This document shows, in pieces, positions 1-15,000 of a stretch of DNA of 64,000 bases. The stretch covers positions 3,286,001-3,350,000 of the forward strand of contig OZ059898.1 of assembly GCA_964057225.1 (NCBI GenBank), written 5' to 3'. Position 1 is the first letter of the stretch. Every line of letters begins with the position of its first letter. This stretch comes from Auanema rhodensis. Its lineage: Eukaryota; Animalia; Nematoda. The position numbers and the translations under genes are program-made. Under the pieces are notes generated by a model, which worked only from the letters and a program-made list of their open reading frames with translations, was not told the DNA's origin and ran no database searches.

Positions 1-3000
1 TTGAATAACATTGTCCATCGTCTTTGCCTTGAAAAAAGGAATCTAAAAACATCTACTTTTTGCTAAATTATTTTGAAATTTTTCGAAAAAATTTTTGTCA
101 AAATGTTTTTGGAAGCAATGTTGAGTGTACATGGAAACTCAACATACACTAATGCATCATTTTTCAAACGATCATAACTAATTTTTGTATCAAGCGTTTC
201 TTAATGTAGTATAGTGCATTCGATCCGGATTTTTAAGCTGCGTCGATCTGTGTTATCAGATTTGCGCTAGCTTAAAAATGCACCGAGATATCAACTGATA
301 TAAGTTCACACTTATATCCTCGATTTTCACCCTGAAGAATTAATTTTTTCGTTGAATAACATTGTCTATCGTCTTTGCCTTGAGAAATGGAATCTAAAAA
401 CATCTACTTTTTGCTAAATTATTTTGAAATTTTTCGAAAAAATTTTTGTCAAAATGTTTTTGGAAGCAATGTTGAGTGTACATGGAAACTCAACATACAC
501 TAATGCATCATTTTTCAAACGATCATAACTAATTTTTGTATCAAGCGTTTCTCAATGTAATATAGTGCATTCGATGCGGATTTTTAAGCTGCGTCGATCT
601 GTGTTATCAGATTTGCGCTAGCTTAAAAATGCACCGAGATATCAACTGATATAAGTTCACACTTATATCCTCGATTTTCACCCTGAAGAAATAATTTTTT
701 CGTTGAATAACATTGTCCATCGTCTTTGCCTTGAAAAAAGGAATCTAAAAACATCTACTTTTTGCTAAATTATTTTGAAATTTTTCGAAAAAATTTTTGT
801 CAAAATTTTTTGGAAGCAATGTTGAGTGTACATGGAAACTCAACATACACTAATGCATCATTTTTCAAACGATCATAACTAATTTTTGTATCAAGCGTTT
901 TTCAATGTAGTATAGTGCATTCGATGCGCATTTTTAAGCTGCGTCGATCTGTGTTATCAGATTTGCGCTAGCTTAAAAGTGCACCGAGATATCAACTGAT
1001 ATAAGTTCACACTTATATCCTCGATTTTCACCCTGAAGAAATAATTTTTTCGTTGAATAACATTGTCCATCGTCTTTGCCTTGAAAAAAGGAATCTAAAA
1101 ACATCTACTTTTTGCTAAATTATTTTGAAATTTTTCGAAAAAATTTTTGTCAAAATGTTTTTGGAAGCAATGTTGAGTGTACATGGAAACTCAACATACA
1201 CTAATGCATCATTTTTCAAACGATCATAACTAATTTTTGTATCAAGCGTTTCTTAATGTAGTATAGTGCATTCGATCCGGATTTTTAAGCTGCGTCGATC
1301 TGTGTTATCAGATTTGCGCTAGCTTAAAAATGCACCGAGATATCAACTGATATAAGTTCACACTTATATCCTCGATTTTCACCCTGAAGAAATAATTTTT
1401 TCGTTGAATAACATTGTCCATCGTCTTTGCCTTGAAAAAAGGAATCTAAAAACATCTACTTTTTGCTAAATTATTTTGAAATTTTTCGAAAAAAGTTTTG
1501 TCAAAATGTTTTTGGAAGCAATGTTGAGTGTACATGGAAACTCAACATACACTAATGCATCATTTTTCAAACGATCATAACTAATTTTTTTATCAAGCGT
1601 TTCTCAATGTAGTATAGTGCATTCGATGCAGATTTTTAAGCTGCGTCGATCTGTGTTATCAGATTTGCGCTAGCTTAAAAATGCACCGAGATATCAACTG
1701 ATATAAGTTCACACTTATATCCTCGATTTTCACCCTGAAGAAATAATTTTTTCGTTGAATAACATTGTTCATCGTCTTTGCCTTGAAAAAAGGAATCTAA
1801 AAACATCTACTTTTTGCTAAATTATTTTGAAATTTTTCGAAAAAAGTTTTGTCAAAATGTTTTTGGAAGCAATGTTGAGTGTACATGGAAACTCAACATA
1901 CACTAATGCATCATTTTTCAAACGATCATAACTAATTTTTGTATCAAGCGTTTTTCAATGTAGTATAGTGCATTCGATGCGCATTTTTAAGCTGCGTCGA
2001 TCTGTGTTATCAGATTTGCGCTAGCTTAAAAGTGCACCGAGATATCAACTGATATAAGTTCACACTTATATCCTCGATTTTCACCCTGAAGAAATAATTT
2101 TTTCGTTGAATAACATTGTCCATCGTCTTTGCCTTGAAAAAAGGAATCTAAAAACATCTACTTTTTGCTAAATTATTTTGAAATTTTTCGAAAAAAGTTT
2201 TGTCAAAATGTTTTTGGAAGCAATGTTGAGTGTACATGGAAACTCAACATACACTAATGCATCATTTTTCAAACGATCATAACTAATTTTTGTATCAAGC
2301 GTTTTTCAATGTAGTATAGTGCATTCGATGCGGATTTTTAAGCTGCGTCGATCTGTGTTATCAGATTTGCGCTAGCTTAAAAATGCACCGAGATATCAAC
2401 TGATATAAGTTCACACTTATATCCTCGATTTTCACCCTGAAGAAATAATTTTTTTGTTGAATAACATTGTCCATCGTCTTTGCCTTGAAAAAAGGAATCT
2501 AAAAACATCTACTTTTTGCTGAATTATTTTGAAATTTTTCGAAAAAATTTTTGTCAAAATGTTTTTGGAAGCAATGTTGAGTGTACATGGAAACTCAACA
2601 TACACTAATGCATCATTTTTCAAACGATCATAACTAATTTTTGTATTAAGCGTTTCTTAATGTAGTATAGTGCATTCGATTCGGATTTTTAAGCTGCGTC
2701 GATCTGTGTTATCAGATTTGCGCTAGCTTAAAAATGCACCGAGATATCAACTGATATAAGTTCACACTTATATCCTCGATTTTCACCCTGAAGAAATAAT
2801 TTTTTCGTTGAATAACATCGTCCATCGTCTTTGCCTTGAAAAAAGGAATCTAAAAACATCTACTTTTTGCTAAATTATTTTGAAATTTTTCGAAAAAATT
2901 TTTGTCAAAATGTTTTTGGAAGCAATGTTGAGTGTACATGGAAACTCAACATACACTAATGCATCATTTTTCAAACGATCATAACTAATTTTTGTATTAA

Positions 3001-6000
3001 GCGTTTCTCAATGTAGTATAGTGCATTCGATGCGGATTTTTAAGCTGCGTCGATCTGTGTTATCAGATTTGCGCTAGCTTAAAAATGCACCGAGATATCA
3101 ACTGATATAAGTTCACACTTATATCCTCGATTTTCACCCTGAAGAATTAATTTTTTCGTTGAATAACATTGTCTATCGTCTTTGCCTTGAGAAATGGAAT
3201 CTAAAAACATCTACTTTTTGCTAAATTATTTTGAAATTTTTCGAAAAAATTTTTGTCAAAATGTTTTTGGAAGCAATGTTGAGTGTACATGGAAACTCAA
3301 CATACACTAATGCATCATTTTTCAAACAATCATAACTAATTTTTGTATCAAGCGTTTCTCAATGTAGTATAGTGCATTCGATGCGGATTTTTAAGCTGCG
3401 TCGATCTGTGTTATCAGATTTGCGCTAGCTTAAAAATGCACCGAGATATCAACTGATATAAGTTCACACTTATATCCTCGATTTTCATCCTGAAGAATTA
3501 ATTTTTTCGTTGAATAACATTGTCCATCGTCTTTGCCTTGAAAAATCGAATCTAAAAACATCTACTTTTCGCTAAATTATTTTGAAATTTTTCGAAAAAA
3601 TTTTTGTCAAAATGTTTTTGGAAGCAATGTTGAGTGTACATGGAAACTCAACATACACTAATGCATCATTTTTCAAACGATCAAAACTAATTCTTGTATC
3701 AAGCGTTTTTCAATGTAGTATAGTGCATTCGATGCGGATTTTTAAGCTGCGTCGATCTGTGTTATCAGATTTGCGCTAGCTTAAAAATGCACCGAGATAT
3801 CAACTGATATAAGTTCACACTTATATCCTCGATTTTCACCCTGAAGAAATAATTTTTTCGTTGAATAACATTGTCCATCGTCTTTGCCTTGAAAAAAGGA
3901 ATCTAAAAACATCTACTTTTTGCTAAATTATTTTGAAATTTTTCGAAAAAATTTTTGTCAAAATTTTTTGGAAGCAATGTTGAGTGTACATGGAAACTCA
4001 ACATACACTAATGCATCATTTTTCAAACGATCATAACTAATTTTTGTATCAAGCGTTTTTCAATGTAGTATAGTGCATTCGATGCGGATTTTTAAGCTGC
4101 GTCGATCTGTGTTATCAGATTTGCGCTAGCTTAAAAATGCACCGAGATATCAACTGATATAAGTTCACACTTATATCCTCGATTTTCACCCTGAAGAAAT
4201 AATTTTTTCGTTGAATAACATTGTCCATCGTCTTTGCCTTGAAAAATAGAATCTAAAAACATCTACTTTTTGCTAAATTATTTTGAAATTTTTCGAAAAA
4301 ATTTTTGTCAAAATGTTTTTGGAAGCAATATTGAGTGTACATGGAAACTCAACATACACTAATGCATCATTTTTCAAACGATCATAACTAATTTTTCTAT
4401 CAAGCGTTTCTCAATGTAGTATAGTGCATTCGATGCGGATTTTTAAGCTGCGTCAATCTGTGTTATCAGATTTGCGCTAGCTTAAAAATGCACCGAGATA
4501 TCAACTGATATAAGTTCACACTTATATCCTCGATTTTCACCCTGAAGAATTAATTTTTTCGTTGAATAACATTGTCCATCGTCTTTGCCTTGAAAAATGG
4601 AATCTAAAAACATCTACTTTTTGCTAAATTATTTTGAAATTTTTCGAAAAAATTTTTGTCAAAATTTTTTGGAAGCAATGTTGACTGTACATGGAAACTC
4701 AACATACACTAATGCATCATTTTTCAAACGATCATAACTAATTTTTGTATCAAGCGTTTTTCAATGTAGTATAGTGCATTCGATGCGGATTTTTAAGCTG
4801 CGTCGATCTGTGTTATCAGATTTGCGCTAGCTTAAAAATGCACCGAGATATCAACTGATATAAGTTCACACTTATATCCTCGATTTTCACCCTGAAGAAA
4901 TAATTTTTTCGTTGAATAACATTGTCCATCGTCTTTGCCTTGAAAAATAGAATCTAAAAACATCTACTTTTTGCTAAATTATTTTGAAATTTTTCGAAAA
5001 AATTTTTGTCAAAATGTTTTTGGAAGCAATATTGAGTGTACATGGAAACTCAACATACACTAATGCATCATTTTTCAAACGATCATAACTAATTTTTCTA
5101 TCAAGCGTTTCTCAATGTAGTATAGTGCATTCGATGCGGATTTTTAAGCTGCGTCAATCTGTGTTATCAGATTTGCGCTAGCTTAAAAATGCACCGAGAT
5201 ATCAACTGATATAAGTTCACACTTATATCCTCGATTTTCACCCTGAAGAATTAATTTTTTCGTTGAATAACATTGTCCATCGTCTTTGCCTTGAAAAATG
5301 GAATCTAAAAACATCTACTTTTTGCTAAATTATTTTGAAATTTTTCGAAAAAATTTTTGTCAAAATTTTTTGGAAGCAATGTTGACTGTACATGGAAACT
5401 CAACATACACTAATGCATCATTTTTCAAACGATCATAACTAATTTTTGTATCAAGCGTTTTTCAATGTAGTATAGTGCATTCGATGCGGATTTTTAAGCT
5501 GCGTCGATCTGTGTTATCAGATTTGCGCTAGCTTAAAAATGCACCGAGATATCAACTGATATAAGTTCACACTTATATCCTCGATTTTCACCCTGAAGAA
5601 ATAATTTTTTCGTTGAATAACATTGTCCATCGTCTTTGCCTTGAAAAATGGAATCTAAAAACATCTACTTTTTGCTAAATTATTTTGAAATTTTTCGAAA
5701 AAATTTTTGTCAAAATGTTTTTGGAAGCAATATTGAGTGTACATGGAAACTCAACATACACTAATGCATCATTTTTCAAACGATCATAACTAATTTTTGT
5801 ATCAAGCGTTTCTCAATGTAGTATAGTGCATTCGATGCGGATTTTTAAGCTGCGTCGATCTGTGTTATCAGATTTGCGCTAGCTTAAAAATGCACCGAGA
5901 TATCAACTGATATAAGTTCACACTTATATCCTCGATTTTCACCCTGAAGAATTAATTTTTTCGTTGAATAACATTGTCCATCGTCTTTGCCTTGAAAAAT

Positions 6001-9000
6001 GGAATCTAAAAACATCTACTTTTTGCTAAATTATTTTGAAATTTTTCGAAAAAATTTTTGTCAAAATTTTTTGGAAGCAATGTTGAGTGTACATGGAAAC
6101 TCAACATACACTAATGCATCATTTTTCAAACGATCATAACTAATTTTTGTATCAAGCGTTTTTCAATGTAGTATAGTGCATTCGATGCGGATTTTTAAGC
6201 TGCGTCGATCTGTGTTATCAGATTTGCGCTAGCTTAAAAATGCACCGAGATATCAACTGATATAAGTTCACACTTATATCCTCGATTTTCACCCTGAAGA
6301 AATAATTTTTTCGTTGAATAACATTGTCCATCGTCTTTGCCTTGAAAAATGGAATCTAAAAACATCTACTTTTTGCTAAATTATTTTGAAATTTTTCGAA
6401 AAAATTTTTGTCAAAATGTTTTTGGAAGCAATATTGAGTGTACATGGAAACTCAACATACACTAATGCATCATTTTTCAAACGATCATAACTAATTTTTG
6501 TATCAAGCGTTTCTCAATGTAGTATAGTGCATTCGATGCGGATTTTTAAGCTGCGTCGATCTGTGTTATCAGATTTGCGCTAGCTTAAAAATGCACCGAG
6601 ATATCAACTGATATAAGTTCACACTTATATCCTCGATTTTCACCCTGAAGAAATAATTTTTTCGTTGAATAACATTGTCCATCGTCTTTGCCTTGAAAAA
6701 TGGAATCTAAAAACATCTACTTTTTGCTAAATTATTTTGAAATTTTTCGAAAAAATTTTTGTCAAAATGTTTTTGGAAGCAATATTGAGTGTACATGGAA
6801 ACTCAACATACACTAATGCATCATTTTTCAAACGATCATAACTAATTTTTGTATCAAGCGTTTCTCAATGTAGTATAGTGCATTCGATGCGGATTTTTAA
6901 GCTGCGTCAATCTGTGTTATCAGATTTGCGCTAGCTTAAAAATGCACCGAGATATCAACTGATATAAGTTCACACTTATATCCTCGATTTTCACCCTGAA
7001 GAATTAATTTTTTCGTTGAATAACATTGTCTATCGTCTTTGCCCTGAAAAAAGGAATCTAAAAACATCTACTTTTTGCTAAATTATTTTGAAATTTTTCG
7101 AAAAAATTTTTGTCAAAATGTTTTTGGAAGCAATATTGAGTATACATGGAAACTCAACATACACTAATGCATCATTTTTCAAACGATCATAACTAATTTT
7201 TGTATTAAGCGTTTCTCAATGTAGTATAGTGCATTCGATGCGGATTTTTAAGCTGCGTCAATCTGTGTTATCAGATTTGCGCTAGCTTAAAAATGCACCG
7301 AGATATCAACTGATATAAGTTCACACTTATATCCTCGATTTTCACCCTGAAGAATTAATTTTTTCGTTGAATAGCATTGTCTATCGTCTTTGCCTTGAAA
7401 AAAGGAATCTAAAAACATCTACTTTTTGCTAAATTATTTTGAAATTTTTCGAAAAAATTTTTGTCAAAATGTTTTTGGAAGCAATGTTGAGTGTACATGG
7501 AAACTCAACATACACTAATGCATCATTTTTCAAACGATCATAACTAATTTTTGTATCAAGCGTTTCTCAATGTAGTATAGTGCATTCGATGCGGATTTGT
7601 AAGCTGCGTCGATCTGTGTTATCAGATTTGCGCTAACTTAAAAATGCACCGAGACATCAACTGATATAAGTTCACACTTATATCCTCGATTTTCACCCTG
7701 AAGAATTAATTTTTTCGTTGAATAACATTGTCCATCGTCTTTGCCTTGAAAAAAGGAATCTAAAAACATCTACTTTTTGCTAAATTATTTTGAAATTTTT
7801 CGAAAAAATTTTTGTCAAAATGTTTTTGGAAGCAATATTGAGTGTACATGGAAACTCAACATACACTAATGCATCATTTTTCAAACGATCATAACTAATT
7901 TTTGTATTAAGCGTTTCTCAATGTAGTATAGTGCATTCGATGCGGATTTTTAAGCTGCGTCAATCTGTGTTATCAGATTTGCGCTAGCTTAAAAATGCAC
8001 CGAGATATCAACTGATATAAGTTCACACTTATATCCTCGATTTTCACCCTGAAGAATTAATTTTTTCGTTGAATAACATTGTCTATCGTCTTTGCCTTGA
8101 AAAAAGGAATCTAAAAACATCTACTTTTTGCTAAATTATTTTGAAATTTTTCGAAAAAATTTTTGTCAAAATGTTTTTGGAAGCAATGTTGAGTGTACAT
8201 GGAAACTCAACATACACTAGTGCATCATTTTTCAAACGATCATAACTAATTTTTCTATCAAGCGTTTCTCAATGTAGTATAGTGCATTCGATGCGGATTT
8301 TTAAGCTGCGTCAATCTGTGTTATCAGATTTGCGCTAGCTTAAAAATGCACCGAGATATCAACTGATATAAGTTCACACTTATATCCTCGATTTTCACCC
8401 TGAAGAATTAATTTTTTCGTTGAATAACATTGTCCATCGTCTTTGCCTTGAAAAAAGGAATCTAAAAACATCTACTTTTTGCTAAATTATTTTGAAATTT
8501 TTCGAAAAAATTTTTGTCAAAATGTTTTTGGAAGCAATATTGAGTGTACATGGAAACTCAACATACACTAATGCATCATTTTTCAAACGATCATAACTAA
8601 TTTTTGTATCAAGCGTTTCTCAATGTAGTATAGTGCATTCGATGCGGATTTTTAAGCTGCGTCAATCTGTGTTATCAGATTTGCGCTAGCTTAAAAATGC
8701 ACCGAGATATCAACTGATATAAGTTCACACTTATATCCTCGATTTTCACCCTGAAGAATTAATTTTTTCGTTGAATAACATTGTCTATCGTCTTTGCCTT
8801 GAAAAAAGGAATCTAAAAACATCTACTTTTTGCTAAATTATTTTGAAATTTTTCGAAAAAATTTTTGTCAAAATTTTTTGGAAGCAATGTTGAGTGTACA
8901 TGGAAACTCAACATACACTAATGCATCATTTTTCAAACGATCATAACTAATTTTTGTATCAAGCGTTTTTCAATGTAGTATAGTGCATTCGATGCGGATT

Positions 9001-12000
9001 TTTAAGCTGCGTCAATCTGTGTTATCAGATTTGCGCTAACTTAAAAATGCACCGAGATATCAACTGATATAAGTTCACACTTATATCCTCGATTTTCACC
9101 CTGAAGAAATAATTTTTTCAATGAATAACATTGTCCATCGTCTTTGCCTTGAAAAATGGAATCTAAAAACATCTACTTTTTGCTAAATTATTTTGAAATT
9201 TTTCGAAAAAATTTTTGTCAAAATGTTTTTGGAAGCAATATTGAGTGTACATGGAAACTCAACATACACTAATGCATCATTTTTCAAACGATCATAACTA
9301 ATTTTTGTATCAAGCGTTTCTCAATGTAGTATAGTGCATTCGATGCGGATTTTTAAGCTGCGTCAATCTGTGTTATCAGATTTGCGCTAGCTTAAAAATG
9401 CACCGAGATATCAACTGATATAAGTTCACACTTATATCCTCGATTTTCACCCTGAAGAATTAATTTTTTCGTTGAATAACATTGTCCATCGTCTTTGCCT
9501 TGAAAAATGAAATCTAAAAACATCTACTTTTTGCTAAATTATTTTGAAATTTTTCGAAAAAATTTTTGTCAAAATGTTTTTGGAAGCAATATTGAGTGTA
9601 CATGGAAACTCAACATACACTAATGCATCATTTTTCAAACGATCATAACTAATTTTTGTATTAAGCGTTTCTCAATGTAGTATAGTGCATACGATGCGGA
9701 TTTTTAAGCTGCGTCGATCTGTGTTATCAGATTTGCGCTAGCTTAAAAATGCACCGAGATATCAACTGATATAAGTTCACACTTATATCCTCGATTTTCA
9801 CCCTGAAGAATTAATTTTTTCGTTGAATAACATTGTCTATCGTCTTTGCCTTGAAAAATGGAATCTAAAAACATCTACTTTTTGCTAAATTATTTTGAAA
9901 TTTTTCGAAAAAATTTTTGTCAAAATGTTTTTGGAAGCAATGTTGAGTGTACATGGAAACTCAACATACACTAATGCATCATTTTTCAAACGATCATAAC
10001 TAATTTTTGTATCAAGCGTTTCTCAATGTAGTATAGTGCATTCGATGCGGATTTTTAAGCTGCGTCAATCTGTGTTATCAGATTTGCGCTAGCTTAAAAA
10101 TGCACCGAGATATCAACTGATATAAGTTCACACTTATATCCTCGATTTTCACCCTGAAGAATTAATTTTTTCGTTGAATAACATTGTCCATCGTCTTTGC
10201 CTTGAAAAAAGGAATCTAAAAACATCTACTTTTTGCTAAATTATTTTGAAATTTTTCGAAAAAATTTTTGTCAAAATGTTTTTGGAAGCAATATTGAGTG
10301 TACATGGAAACTCAACATACACTAATGCATCATTTTTCAAACGATCATAACTAATTTTTGTATTAAGCGTTTCTCAATGTAGTATAGTGCATTCGATGCG
10401 GATTTTTAAGCTGCGTCAATCTGTGTTATCAGATTTGCGCTAGCTTAAAAATGCACCGAGATATCAACTGATATAAGTTCACACTTATATCCTCGATTTT
10501 CACCCTGAAGAATTAATTTTTTCGTTGAATAACATTGTCTATCGTCTTTGCCTTGAAAAATGGAATCTAAAAACATCTACTTTTTGCTAAATTATTTTGA
10601 AATTTTTCGAAAAAATTTTTGTCAAAATGTTTTTGGAAGCAATGTTGAGTGTACATGGAAACTCAACATACACTAATGCATCATTTTTCAAACGATCATA
10701 ACTAATTTTTGTATCAAGCGTTTCTCAATGTAGTATAGTGCATTCGATGCGGATTTTTAAGCTGCGTCAATCTGTGTTATCAGATTTGCGCTAGCTTAAA
10801 AATGCACCGAGATATCAACTGATATAAGTTCACACTTATATCCTCGATTTTCACCCTGAAGAATTAATTTTTTCGTTGAATAACATTGTCCATCGTCTTT
10901 GCCTTGAAAAAAGGAATCTAAAAACATCTACTTTTTGCTAAATTATTTTGAAATTTTTCGAAAAAATTTTTGTCAAAATGTTTTTGGAAGCAATATTGAG
11001 TGTACATGGAAACTCAACATACACTAATGCATCATTTTTCAAACGATCATAACTAATTTTTGTATCAAGCGTTTCTCAATGTAGTATAGTGCATTCGATG
11101 CGGATTTTTAAGCTGCGTCAATCTGTGTTATCAGATTTGCGCTAGCTTAAAAATGCACCGAGATATCCACTGATATAAGTTCACACTTATATCCTCGATT
11201 TTCACCCTGAAGAATTAATTTTTTTGTTGAATAACATTGTCTATCGTCTTTGCCTTGAAAAATGGAATCTAAAAACATCTACTTTTTGCTAAATTATTTT
11301 GAAATTTTTCGAAAAAATTTTTGTCAAAATGTTTTTGGAAGCAATGTTGAGTGTACATGGAAACTCAACATACACTAATGCATCATTTTTCAAACGATCA
11401 TAACTAATTTTTGTATCAAGCGTTTCTCAATGTAGTATAGTGCATTCGATGCGGATTTGTAAGCTGCGTCGATCTGTGTTATCAGATTTGCGCTAACTTA
11501 AAAATGCACCGAGACATCAACTGATATAAGTTCACACTTATATCCTCGATTTTCACCCTGAAGAATTAATTTTTTCGTTGAATAACATTGTCCATCGTCT
11601 TTGCCTTGAAAAAAGGAATCTAAAAACATCTACTTTTTGCTAAATTATTTTGAAATTTTTCGAAAAAATTTTTGTCAAAATGTTTTTGGAAGCAATATTG
11701 AGTGTACATGGAAACTCAACATACACTAATGCATCATTTTTCAAACGATCATAACTAATTTTTGTATTAAGCGTTTCTCAATGTAGTATAGTGCATTCGA
11801 TGCGGATTTTTAAGCTGCGTCAATCTGTGTTATCAGATTTGCGCTAGCTTAAAAATGCACCGAGATATCAACTGATATAAGTTCACACTTATATCCTCGA
11901 TTTTCACCCTGAAGAATTAATTTTTTCGTTGAATAACATTGTCTATCGTCTTTGCCTTGAAAAAAGGAATCTAAAAACATCTACTTTTTGCTAAATTATT

Positions 12001-15000
12001 TTGAAATTTTTCGAAAAAATTTTTGTCAAAATGTTTTTGGAAGCAATGTTGAGTGTACATGGAAACTCAACATACACTAATGCATCATTTTTCAAACGAT
12101 CATAACTAATTTTTGTATCAAGCGTTTCTCAATGTAGTATAGTGCATTCGATGCGGATTTTTAAGCTGCGTCGATCTGTGTTATCAGATTTGCGCTAGCT
12201 TAAAAATGCACCGAGATATCAACTGATATAAGTTCACACTTATATCCTCGATTTTCACCCTGAAGAATTATTTTTTTCGTTGAATAACATTGTCCATCGT
12301 CCTTGCCTTGAAAAATGAAATCTAAAAACATCTACTTTTTGCTAAATTATTTTGAAATTTTTCGAAAAAATTTTTGTCAAAATGTTTTTGGAAGCAATGT
12401 TGAGTGTACATGGAAACTCAACATACACTAATGCATCATTTTTCAAACGATCATAACTAATTTTTGTATCAAGCGTTTCTCAATGTAGTATAGTGCATTC
12501 GATGCGGATTTTTAAGCTGCGTCGATATGTGTTATCAGATTTGCGCTAGCTTAAAAATGCACCGAGATATCAACTGATATAAGTTCACACTTATATCCTC
12601 GATTTTCACCCTGAAGAATTAATTTTTTCGTTGAATAACATTGTCCATCGTCTTTGCCTTGAAAAACGGAATCTAAAAACATCTACTTTTGCTAAATTAT
12701 TTTGAAATTTTTCGAAAAAATTTTTGTCAAAATGTTTTTTTTCGAAAAAATTTTTGTCAAAATGTTTTTGGAAGCAATATTGAGTGTACATGGAAACTCA
12801 ACATACACTAATGCATCATTTTTCAAACGATCATAACTAATTTTTGTATCAAGCGTTTCTCAATGTAGTATAGTGCATTCGATGCGGATTTTTAAGCTGC
12901 GTCAATCTGTGTTATCAGATTTGCGCTAGCTTAAAAATGCATCGAGATATCAACTGATATAAGTTCACACTTATATCCTCGATTTTCACCCTGAAGAATT
13001 AATTTTTTCGTTGAATAACATTGTCTATCGTCTTTGCCTTGAAAAAAGGAATCTAAAAACATCTACTTTTTGCTAAATTATTTTGAAATTTTTCGAAAAA
13101 ATTTTTGTCAAAATGTTTTTGGAAGCAATATTGAGTGTACATGGAAACTCAACATACACTAATGCATCATTTTTCAAACGATCATAACTAATTTTTGTAT
13201 TAAGCGTTTCTCAATGTAGTATAGTGCATTCGATGCGGATTTTTAAGCTGCGTCAATCTGTGTTATCAGATTTGCGCTAGCTTAAAAATGCACCGAGATA
13301 TCAACTGATATAAGTTCACACTTATATCCTCGATTTTCACCCTGAAGAATTAATTTTTTCGTTGAATAACATTGTCTATCGTCTTTGCCTTGAAAAAAGG
13401 AATCTAAAAACATCTACTTTTTGCTAAATTATTTTGAAATTTTTCGAAAAAATTTTTGTCAAAATGTTTTTGGAAGCAATGTTGAGTGTACATGGAAACT
13501 CAACATACACTAATGCATCATTTTTCAAACGATCATAACTAATTTTTGTATCAAGCGTTTCTCAATGTAGTATAGTGCATTCGATGCGGATTTTTAAGCT
13601 GCGTCGATCTGTGTTATCAGATTTGCGCTAGCTTAAAAATGCACCGAGATATCAACTGATATAAGTTCACACTTATATCCTCGATTTTCACCCTGAAGAA
13701 TTATTTTTTTCGTTGAATAACATTGTCCATCGTCCTTGCCTTGAAAAATGAAATCTAAAAACATCTACTTTTTGCTAAATTATTTTGAAATTTTTCGAAA
13801 AAATTTTTGTCAAAATGTTTTTGGAAGCAATGTTGAGTGTACATGGAAACTCAACATACACTAATGCATCATTTTTCAAACGATCATAACTAATTTTTGT
13901 ATCAAGCGTTTCTCAATGTAGTATAGTGCATTCGATGCGGATTTTTAAGCTGCGTCGATATGTGTTATCAGATTTGCGCTAGCTTAAAAATGCACCGAGA
14001 TATCAACTGATATAAGTTCACACTTATATCCTCGATTTTCACCCTGAAGAATTAATTTTTTCGTTGAATAACATTGTCCATCGTCTTTGCCTTGAAAAAC
14101 GGAATCTAAAAACATCTACTTTTGCTAAATTATTTTGAAATTTTTCGAAAAAATTTTTGTCAAAATGTTTTTTTTCGAAAAAATTTTTGTCAAAATGTTT
14201 TTGGAAGCAATATTGAGTGTACATGGAAACTCAACATACACTAATGCATCATTTTTCAAACGATCATAACTAATTTTTGTATCAAGCGTTTCTCAATGTA
14301 GTATAGTGCATTCGATGCGGATTTTTAAGCTGCGTCAATCTGTGTTATCAGATTTGCGCTAGCTTAAAAATGCATCGAGATATCAACTGATATAAGTTCA
14401 CACTTATATCCTCGATTTTCACCCTGAAGAATTAATTTTTTCGTTGAATAACATTGTCTATCGTCTTTGCCTTGAAAAAAGGAATCTAAAAACATCTACT
14501 TTTTGCTAAATTATTTTGAAATTTTTCGAAAAAATTTTTGTCAAAATGTTTTTGGAAGCAATGTTGAGTGTACATGGAAACTCAACATACACTAATGCAT
14601 CATTTTTCAAACGATCATAACTAATTTTTGTATCAAGCGTTTCTCAATGTAGTATAGTGCATTCGATGCGGATTTTTAAGCTGCGTCGATCTGTGTTATC
14701 AGATTTGCGCTAGCTTAAAAATGCACCGAGATATCAACTGATATAAGTTCACACTTATATCCTCGATTTTCACCCTGAAGAATTAATTTTTTCGTTGAAT
14801 AACATTGTCCATCGTCTTTGCCTTGAAAAATGGAATCTAAAAACATCTACTTTTTGCTAAATTATTTTGAAATTTTTCGAAAAAATTTTTGTCAAAATGT
14901 TTTTGGAAGTAATGTTGAGTGTACATGGAAACTCAACATACACTAATGCATCATTTTTCAAACGATCATAACTAATTTTTGTATCGAGCGTTTCTCAATG

